A stretch of 32,000 nt of DNA from Nanobdellota archaeon (GTDB taxonomy: Archaea > Nanobdellota > Nanobdellia > Nanobdellales > Nanobdellaceae): positions 90,001-122,000 of the forward strand of contig AP031373.1 of NCBI GenBank assembly GCA_042850255.1. Direction: 5' to 3'. A program made the translations under genes and the position numbers. This document shows positions 8,919 to 15,711 of this stretch, in pieces. Numbering within the stretch: position 1 is the first letter of the stretch; each line of letters begins with the position of its first letter. Below the pieces are notes generated by a model that did no database searches, had not been told where the DNA came from, and worked only from the letters and a program-made list of their open reading frames with translations.

Positions 8919-9202
8919 ATAAAGAAATAATAATGGAAAAACTAAAGGAAGTAATAGATCCTGAAATAGGATATGATTTAGTATCTTTAGGAGAAATAGA
9001 AGATATAAGAGAAGAAAATGGAAAAATTATTATAACTTATTTACCTACAACACCAATGTGTCCTTTTATACCAGCAATATTAGACTCTATTGCAGAAAAA
9101 ATTAAAGAATTAAATATAGATTTTGATATAGAAGTTGATTTAGAAAATAAATGGAATATTGAAAGAATAAGTCCAGAAATTAGAAAACAATTAGGAATAT
9201 GA
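8912..9202 (+). CDS. DUF59/MIP18-family protein (Fe-S cluster assembly-associated, SufT/PaaD-like)
   Basis: 96-aa ORF. Contains VIDPEIGYDLVSLGEI and LPTTPMCPF, the DUF59 signature with its conserved Cys. Its start overlaps the trxB stop by 7 nt; an alternative ATG lies at 8933. Confidence 0.7.
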   Translation: MVNKEIIMEKLKEVIDPEIGYDLVSLGEIEDIREENGKIIITYLPTTPMCPFIPAILDSIAEKIKELNIDFDIEVDLENKWNIERISPEIRKQLGI

Positions 9203-9576
9203 TATTTGATGATAAAATAAAAAAGGAATTTTCCATATTTTGCAAAATAAGTGGAGGAGAATTTAAAGAAAATGCTTATTTAGAATGTTCCAAAGAAAAT
9301 TATTCTATAAAGATTTCTTATACAGATATTGGATTATCATTAATTGCAGGATCAAAAATTACAGGAGACTATGATATATTAAATATAAACAATGTTAAAA
9401 TAATTGATTGCGAAAGATTATCAAAAAATAATGATGCTGGAGAGTTGGAATATTATATATTCAATATATATTTGGATAAAGGATTATTGTCTATAAGGAG
9501 GAGTATTAGAGAAAATAAGATAATAATATATCTAAAAACTACAGATATAGAATATGAATCATCAGTTTTATTTTAA
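9199..9576 (+). CDS. Hypothetical protein (3 Cys), translationally coupled to the DUF59 gene
   Basis: 125-aa ORF. Its start overlaps the upstream stop as ATGA (9199..9202). No family recognised. Confidence 0.5.
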   Translation: MIFDDKIKKEFSIFCKISGGEFKENAYLECSKENYSIKISYTDIGLSLIAGSKITGDYDILNINNVKIIDCERLSKNNDAGELEYYIFNIYLDKGLLSIRRSIRENKIIIYLKTTDIEYESSVLF

Positions 9577-9640
9577 TTTGTCCAATATGGTAAAATAGAC
9601 CGGACAAAAATTTATATTTTTGGCTAGTATATTATAATAT

Positions 9641-10903
9641 GTGGACATAAGGGAAATATTAATAAGACAAAAAAAGGAGTTAGAAGAATTAAATAAAAAA
9701 GAATTAGTAAAAAGGGAAGTAAACATAGATATAAATAAAGAAATAATAAAAGTTATTACTGGTATAAGAAGATGTGGAAAGTCTACTTTTGGATATTTAT
9801 TATTAAAAGATAAAAATTTTGGATATATAAATTTTGATGAAAGAGAATTATTAGATTTTAAATCTACAGAAATAGAAAAGGGAATAAAAGAAATATATGG
9901 AAATACAAAATTCTTATTTATAGATGAAATTCAAAATTATGATAAATGGGAATTATGGATTAATTCTTTATATAGGAGAGGATATAATTTAATTATTACA
10001 AGATCAAATGCTAAATTATTATCAAAAGAGTTATCTACGCATTTAACTGGTAGATATATTTCCATAGAATTATTCCCCTTCTCCTTTAGAGAGATACTAG
10101 ACTATTTAAAGTTTAATAAAGAAAATTTAGATTTTGATAAAGAAAAACAAGGAGAAATATTAAAAATATTAAAAGATTATCTAGAAATAGGAGGATTCCC
10201 AGAAATATGGGTAAAAAATTTAGATATTAATTTTTTAAAAACATTATTTAATGATATATTACTAAAAGATATTGTAATAAGATGGAAAGTTAAATATATA
10301 GAATTATTAGAAGAATTATCATATTATCTAATAAATAATTTTTCATCATATTATACTATAAATAAAATAAAAAATTCTCTAGATTTTAGAAGTAAAGAAA
10401 CAGTAAAAAATTACATAAAATATTTAGAAGAAGCATATTTAATTTTTTCTCTAAATAATTTTTCTTTTAAATTTAAAGAAGTATTAAAATCCCCGAAAAA
10501 GATTTATATTATAGATAATGGAATTATTAATGCAATAAGACATAATTATATGGAAAATATAGGTAGGTTAATGGAAAATTTGGTATTTTTATCATTAAGA
10601 AGAAAATATAAAGAAAATGAAAATATATTTTATTTTGAAAATAATAATTATGAAATAGATTTTTTAATAAAAGAAGGTAATAAAATTACTAAATTAATTA
10701 ATGTAACATATGTTAATAATTTTGATGAAATAGATAAAAGGGAAACTAGATCTTTAATACATGGATATGATTTATTTAAAGAATATAATCCTGAATTAAT
10801 AATTATTACTTGGGACTATGAAGACGAAAAGGAAATATCTTGGTTCAATAAAAAAGGAAAAATTAGATTTATACCTTTATATAGATGGTTGTTGAATATT
10901 TAA
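9641..10903 (+). CDS. AAA_14 + DUF4143-type ATPase (archaeal ATPase family)
   Basis: 420-aa ORF with a GTG start per the ORF track. P-loop GIRRCGKST and Walker B LFIDEIQ. The C-terminal half has the length and pattern of the DUF4143 (restriction-endonuclease-like) module found in these multi-copy archaeal ATPases. Confidence 0.7.
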   Translation: MDIREILIRQKKELEELNKKELVKREVNIDINKEIIKVITGIRRCGKSTFGYLLLKDKNFGYINFDERELLDFKSTEIEKGIKEIYGNTKFLFIDEIQNYDKWELWINSLYRRGYNLIITRSNAKLLSKELSTHLTGRYISIELFPFSFREILDYLKFNKENLDFDKEKQGEILKILKDYLEIGGFPEIWVKNLDINFLKTLFNDILLKDIVIRWKVKYIELLEELSYYLINNFSSYYTINKIKNSLDFRSKETVKNYIKYLEEAYLIFSLNNFSFKFKEVLKSPKKIYIIDNGIINAIRHNYMENIGRLMENLVFLSLRRKYKENENIFYFENNNYEIDFLIKEGNKITKLINVTYVNNFDEIDKRETRSLIHGYDLFKEYNPELIIITWDYEDEKEISWFNKKGKIRFIPLYRWLLNI

Positions 10904-11269
10904 TTTATTTAATATAAATTCTCTTACCTTTCCTGCTATATCAATTGCTTCCTTAGCATCTTCTTCTGTTACATTTGATATTTTGAAGTATCTAGTAAAT
11001 ATGTAATATTTATTTAATTTCTTAATTTTAATCTTTTCTAAATATTCAAAATCTTTATTTAATTTTATACATTCTTCCAACAAATCAGAAATGGAGTGAA
11101 TAAATGGATAAGCTCCTAAATTATATAATAAAAATACTTTCAAATATTTTTCTACAGCTTGTTGGGAATGGAAAGCAGATAATCTAAATAATTTTTCATT
11201 AATCAATATTTTTGCTGCTTTTAAATCTTCATCAGCAAATTCTAACAACTCCTTTATATTGTTGTTCAT
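10877..11269 (-). CDS. HEPN domain protein (PF05168-like, usual partner of a minimal nucleotidyltransferase)
   Basis: 130-aa ORF. Contains DLKAAK, AFHSQQAVEKYLKVFLL, IHSISDLL and YIFTRY, the canonical four-helix HEPN pattern. Its 3' end overlaps the ATPase gene by 27 nt (convergent). Confidence 0.7.
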   Translation of the reverse strand: MNNNIKELLEFADEDLKAAKILINEKLFRLSAFHSQQAVEKYLKVFLLYNLGAYPFIHSISDLLEECIKLNKDFEYLEKIKIKKLNKYYIFTRYFKISNVTEEDAKEAIDIAGKVREFILNKLNIQQPSI

Positions 11270-11284
11270 GATATTATATTATCT

Positions 11285-11404
11285 TTATTTTCTTGATAGT
11301 ATATAATATATTCCCTTAACTTTAGAATCAAATAAGATAACTTTATCCAATAGATTCCCTTTAATTTTGTTTAATATATAGTACTGAATTAATTTTTGTC
11401 TCAT
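11285..11404 (-). pseudogene. Possible truncated remnant of a minimal nucleotidyltransferase (MNT) gene upstream of HEPN
   Basis: My translation of the minus strand from the ATG at 11404 gives MRQKLIQYYILNKIKGNLLDKVILFDSKVKGIYYILSRK*. LLDKVILFDSKVKG resembles the MNT motif (v.LFGS.arG, with G changed to D). The ORF stops after 39 codons, before the expected SD.D catalytic aspartates. It ends 15 nt upstream of the HEPN ATG, the usual MNT-HEPN order. Confidence 0.3.
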
Positions 11405-11420
11405 ATATTAAATTTAAGTA

Positions 11421-11428
11421 TTTAAATT
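11421..11428 (+). promoter_or_regulatory. TATA-like box for tRNA-Val
   Basis: TTTAAATT lies at -31..-24 relative to tRNA position +1 (11452). It is part of a 13-nt direct repeat, AAGTATTTAAATT, at 11416..11428 and 11439..11451. Confidence 0.4.
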
Positions 11429-11451
11429 TTTATATAGTAAGTATTTAAATT

Positions 11452-11523
11452 GGGACCGTAGTCTAGGGGTATGATGCCGCCCTTACAAGGCGGAGGTCCG
11501 GGGTTCAAATCCCCGCGGTCCCA
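11452..11523 (+). tRNA. tRNA-Val (anticodon UAC)
   Basis: Cloverleaf folded by hand: acceptor GGGACCG/CGGTCCC, anticodon stem CCGCC/GGCGG, loop CTTACAA, T arm CGGGG-TTCAAAT-CCCCG, discriminator A. No intron and no encoded CCA. Confidence 0.95.
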
Positions 11524-11567
11524 GTAAAGGTTTATAAGTTTATAAGGTTTTTTAAAATTATTCCATA

Positions 11568-12344
11568 ATGGTTGAAATTTCTATATTAGATAAATCAACA
11601 GATAAATTCGCAATTGACAAAGATAAAAAAATATATAAATTAAAATTATTAATAAAAGGAGAAACTCCTACATTTTTAAATGTTTTAAGAAGAATTATAC
11701 AAGAAGAAGTAAAAACATTAGCAATTGAAGATGTATATATAATAGATAATAATTCTGCAATGTGGGATGAGATGCTTGCACATAGATTAGGTCTAATAGT
11801 TTTAAATACTCCAGAAAATCTAAAAGAAGATTCTCAAGTAAAATTTTATTTAGAAAAAAATCAGAAAGGGTATATATATGCTTCTGATTTAAAATCAGAA
11901 AATCCAGAAGTTTATCCTGTATATCCAGAAACTATGATAGGTTATTTAGATGAGAATCAAAAAGTAAAATTAGAGGCTGTTGCAATATTAGGAAATGGAA
12001 AAATACATTCTAAATTTATGCCAGGACATGTATATTATTATAGAACTGCAGATATAAAATTAGAAAGAGACTTAGATGAAAAAGAAATTGAAAATTTAGA
12101 AACATTAGGAGTAAAGGTCAAAAAGGGAAAAATAGTATTACCTGAAAAAAAGGAATATGATAGGACATTTATAGATGCGATAGAATCTGCTGCGAGTGGA
12201 AAAATAAAGATAATACCGAAAGATGAATTTGTATTTATTATAGAATCTTATGGACAATATTCTGCAGAAAAGATGTTAGAATTAGGATTAAATGAATTAG
12301 AAAGAAAACTAAGAGATATTTTAAATTTTTTAATGAATAATTAA
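11568..12344 (+). CDS. rpoD: DNA-directed RNA polymerase subunit D (Rpo3)
   Basis: 258-aa ORF. ETPTFLNVLRRIIQEEVKTLAIEDVYIIDNNSAMWDEMLAHRLGLI is the RBP3/AC40/alpha-like assembly-domain signature. The protein contains no cysteine. Confidence 0.85.
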   Translation: MVEISILDKSTDKFAIDKDKKIYKLKLLIKGETPTFLNVLRRIIQEEVKTLAIEDVYIIDNNSAMWDEMLAHRLGLIVLNTPENLKEDSQVKFYLEKNQKGYIYASDLKSENPEVYPVYPETMIGYLDENQKVKLEAVAILGNGKIHSKFMPGHVYYYRTADIKLERDLDEKEIENLETLGVKVKKGKIVLPEKKEYDRTFIDAIESAASGKIKIIPKDEFVFIIESYGQYSAEKMLELGLNELERKLRDILNFLMNN

Positions 12345-12394
12345 ATATTAAATAAAAATTTTTTATTTATAAATATTTTTTATATAAATCTTTT

Positions 12395-12739
12395 ATGGAT
12401 TGGAAAAAAGTAGTTTTAGTAGCTATATTTTCTGTATTATCGATAGAATTACAAGCAGTAGGAGTATTAACAGCACTATCTTTAGTAATATACATGTTGG
12501 TAAAAGGAATGGATCAATGTAGAATAGCAAATTTAGGATTGTTATTAGAGTTTATAGGGATACTAGTATATCCATTATTCCTATTACAACAACTTGGAAT
12601 TAATCTAGGAATTGCACCAAATGTTATTGCAGAAATATCCGGATACCTAGTATTGATAGGATTAATATTAGTAATAATAGGATTAATAATAACAATGTTG
12701 GTAAAGAACAAGATAAAAGAAAATATATATGAAACATAG
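12395..12739 (+). CDS. Small integral membrane protein (3-4 predicted TM helices), unknown function
   Basis: 114-aa ORF made of long hydrophobic runs (VVLVAIFSVLSI, LLLEFIGILVYPLFLL, GYLVLIGLILVIIGLIITMLV). No family recognised. Confidence 0.5.
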   Translation: MDWKKVVLVAIFSVLSIELQAVGVLTALSLVIYMLVKGMDQCRIANLGLLLEFIGILVYPLFLLQQLGINLGIAPNVIAEISGYLVLIGLILVIIGLIITMLVKNKIKENIYET

Positions 12740-12768
12740 TTTTTTAATTTTTTTATTAATTCATATTA

Positions 12769-15000
12769 ATGGATAAGAGACCAGATTATAAAATAATTGA
12801 AAAGGAAGTACTAGAATTATGGGAAAAAAATAAAGATTTATTTTCCTTTGATATAAATAAGGATAAAAAATTTATAATAGATACTCCCCCACCATTTACA
12901 TCTGGAGAAGCTCATATGGGTCATGCTTTAGAATTTATATGGATAGATTTTTTAGCTAGATATAAGAGATTAGAAGGATATAATGTTCTATTTCCATTGG
13001 GATTTGACTGTCATGGATTACCTACAGAATTAAAAGTAATTAAAAAATTAAAAATTAGTAAAGAAGATAAAGAAAAATTTATTAAGGCATGTATTGATTG
13101 GACAAATAATTCTATAATTTCTATGTATGAAACATTTAGAAGATTAGGTTCCTCTTTTGATAGAAATAAAGTATACAAAACAATGGATAAAAAATATGAG
13201 GCATTTGTACAATATACATTAATTAAAATGTTTAATGATGGATTAATTGAAAGAAAAAAATATCCAGTTATGTGGTGTCCAAAGTGTCAAACTGCGATTT
13301 CAATGCAAGAAGCTGGATATTTAGAAAAAGACGGATATATATTTTATATAAAATTACCAACAAATATAGGAAAATATATTCTAATTGCAACAACTAGGCC
13401 TGAATTAATTAATTCATGTTCTTTAATATTAATTGCGAAAGAAAAATATGTAGAAGTTGAAGGAAATTTAATCGTATCAAAAAACTTTGCAGAAAAAAAT
13501 AATCTAAAAATAAAAAGGGAATATAATTACGAAGAGCTAGAAAAACTAGAAGTTATCGTACCATTAATAAATAGGAAAATAAAAATTATATCTGATGAAG
13601 ATGTAGATTATAATTTTGGCACAGGAATCGTATGGGTATGTACATATGGAGATCCTTATGATATAAAATGGAAAAATAAATATAATTTGCCAGAAATAAT
13701 ATCTATAAGTGATGATGGAAGGATTATAAGCGATATAAAAGAAATTAATGGATTAAAAATTGAAGAAGCTAGAGAAAAGTTGAAAGAATTATTAAAAGAT
13801 TATTTATATAAAATAGAAAATATAAAACATAATGTTTTATCTCATACGGAAAGATCAGATTGTTTATCGCCATTGGAGTTTATTCCAAAATATCAATTCT
13901 TTATAAATATTAAAAATTTGAAGGATAAAATATTAGAATGGCAAAAAGAAATACATATTATACCAGAATCTGAAAGAAAGAAATTGATAGATTGGATAAA
14001 TAATATAGACCAGGATTGGAATATATCTAGAACAAAAACAATCTGGGGACTTGCATTTCCTTTTTATGAAAAAGATGGAAAAGTATATCCAGTAAATATT
14101 GAAGACTTACCTTTTGATCCAAGAATAGATAAAGAAAAAGTTAAAAAATATGATGGAAAATTCTTTGAAGATGAAACTGTAGATGTTTGGATAGAATCGT
14201 CCATAACTCCACTAGTAATAATATTTTATTCTTTAACCGAAAATAAAGAATTTGATCCTAAAGATTTACCAAAATTATTTGAAGAAATAATAAAATATTT
14301 GCCAGTAGATTTAAGACAACAAGGATATGAAATAATAAGGACATGGTTATTTGACACAATTGTAAGAGTTAAATTATTAACAAATAAAATACCATGGAAA
14401 AATGCATTAATTCATGGAATGGTTCTAGATGATAAAGGAAGGAAAATGTCAAAATCTTTAGGAAATGCTATAGATCCTAGAGAAATAATGGATAAATATT
14501 CTCCAGATGCGTTAAGATATTGGTCTCTATTAGCAGCACCAGGAAATGATTATATGTTTACATTAAAAGATATAGAGTCGGGACAAGCTTTTATAATAAA
14601 ATTATGGAATATAGGGAGATATATTGAATTAAATAATGCAAAAGAAGGAAAAAAAGGAGAATTAAAAGATGAAGATAAAGAGATTATAAATAAATTATTA
14701 AATGTAATAGAAGAAAGTAAAAACCATGTAGATAATTTTAGGTATTCAGAATATGTAAAACTATGGAGAAAATTTGTTTGGGAAGATTTTGCAAATGATT
14801 ATCTAGAAAAAATAAAAGATAGAATAAAAAATAATGATTTAACTGCTAAGTGGGTATTGTATAATACTTATAAGATAATACTTCTATATTTACATCCAAT
14901 AATGCCTTATGTAACAGAATATATATATCAACAATTATATAAAGAAAAAAGATCTATAATAGAAGAAAAATTTGGAGAAGCTTTAAAAAATATTATTTAA
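12769..15000 (+). CDS. valS: Valyl-tRNA synthetase (class Ia), unusually short
   Basis: 743-aa ORF. Contains DTPPPFTSGEAHMGHALEF (HIGH), FPLGFDCHGLPTE, WCPKCQTAIS, TTRPEL, GTGIVWV, DWNISR and GRKMSKSLGN (KMSKS). The TPPP.tSG N-terminus and the WCP.C.TA.S block point to ValRS rather than IleRS. Confidence 0.8.
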   Translation: MDKRPDYKIIEKEVLELWEKNKDLFSFDINKDKKFIIDTPPPFTSGEAHMGHALEFIWIDFLARYKRLEGYNVLFPLGFDCHGLPTELKVIKKLKISKEDKEKFIKACIDWTNNSIISMYETFRRLGSSFDRNKVYKTMDKKYEAFVQYTLIKMFNDGLIERKKYPVMWCPKCQTAISMQEAGYLEKDGYIFYIKLPTNIGKYILIATTRPELINSCSLILIAKEKYVEVEGNLIVSKNFAEKNNLKIKREYNYEELEKLEVIVPLINRKIKIISDEDVDYNFGTGIVWVCTYGDPYDIKWKNKYNLPEIISISDDGRIISDIKEINGLKIEEAREKLKELLKDYLYKIENIKHNVLSHTERSDCLSPLEFIPKYQFFINIKNLKDKILEWQKEIHIIPESERKKLIDWINNIDQDWNISRTKTIWGLAFPFYEKDGKVYPVNIEDLPFDPRIDKEKVKKYDGKFFEDETVDVWIESSITPLVIIFYSLTENKEFDPKDLPKLFEEIIKYLPVDLRQQGYEIIRTWLFDTIVRVKLLTNKIPWKNALIHGMVLDDKGRKMSKSLGNAIDPREIMDKYSPDALRYWSLLAAPGNDYMFTLKDIESGQAFIIKLWNIGRYIELNNAKEGKKGELKDEDKEIINKLLNVIEESKNHVDNFRYSEYVKLWRKFVWEDFANDYLEKIKDRIKNNDLTAKWVLYNTYKIILLYLHPIMPYVTEYIYQQLYKEKRSIIEEKFGEALKNII

Positions 15001-15655
15001 ATCCTTCAGCTAATTCTTTTATTTTTTCATAGAAATTATTAGCTTTTGTTACCGCAGATGCTAACAAAACTCCTTCCGCTCCTAATTCTAATGCTTTTTT
15101 TACATCATCTTTATTACTAATTCCTGCTCCAACCAATACTTTTACTTTTGGATTTACTTCTTTTATCATTTTTACAGAATTTATTACAATTTCTGGTTTT
15201 GCTTTTGATACAGAAATACCAGTTCCAATTAATTCTGGAGGTTCTACTGCAATATAATCTGGATCTAACTTTGCTAAAGCAGCGCCTACTAGATTATCAT
15301 TTGCACATACAATTGTTGTTAATCCTAAATTTTTTGCGATATTTATTGCTTTTTCTATTTCTTCTACTTTCATTTGCTTTTCTGAATGATTTAGCAAAGT
15401 TCCGACTGCACCAGCTTCTTTAACAGATTCCGGTAATACATGCCCAGTAAATGCTCCTGGCTCTACAGGATCAATATGTTGAGAAAATATCTTTACCTTT
15501 TTTGCTTTCTGTGCCAATGGATATATATCTACATATTGTGGTGCAATAACAATTTCTATTCCATATTCTTCAGCAACTTTTTCAGCAGCTTCCAATAATT
15601 CTATAGCTTTTTTCCCAATTGTTTCTTTATAAGCTTTTAAATTTATTGCTAACAT
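14993..15655 (-). CDS. tpiA: Triosephosphate isomerase (short archaeal type)
   Basis: 220-aa ORF. Contains LLNHSE, AVEPPELIGTG and LVGAGIS, the archaeal TIM signatures and length. Its 3' end overlaps valS by 8 nt. Confidence 0.9.
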   Translation of the reverse strand: MLAINLKAYKETIGKKAIELLEAAEKVAEEYGIEIVIAPQYVDIYPLAQKAKKVKIFSQHIDPVEPGAFTGHVLPESVKEAGAVGTLLNHSEKQMKVEEIEKAINIAKNLGLTTIVCANDNLVGAALAKLDPDYIAVEPPELIGTGISVSKAKPEIVINSVKMIKEVNPKVKVLVGAGISNKDDVKKALELGAEGVLLASAVTKANNFYEKIKELAEGFK

Positions 15656-15711
15656 TCTTTATATTTCTACCTCTCTATTTATAAGATTCTAAATTTTTAA
15701 AAAATATTATA

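Noticed and set aside
9577-9608. Inverted repeat TTTGTCC...GGACAAA (7-bp stem, 18-nt loop) immediately after the stop of the 125-aa gene; possible terminator hairpin or small-RNA element
   Set aside because: The stem is short and the loop is large. Archaeal termination does not need hairpins, and such a match is plausible by chance. There is not enough evidence to call a feature.
12769-15000. Alternative call of the 743-aa class I synthetase as IleRS, because of HGLP and KMSKS
   Set aside because: The N-terminal TPPPFTSG...HMGH block, the WCPKCQTAIS block and DWNISR fit archaeal ValRS. IleRS would be much longer (~1000 aa) and start with a GPP.anG-type motif.
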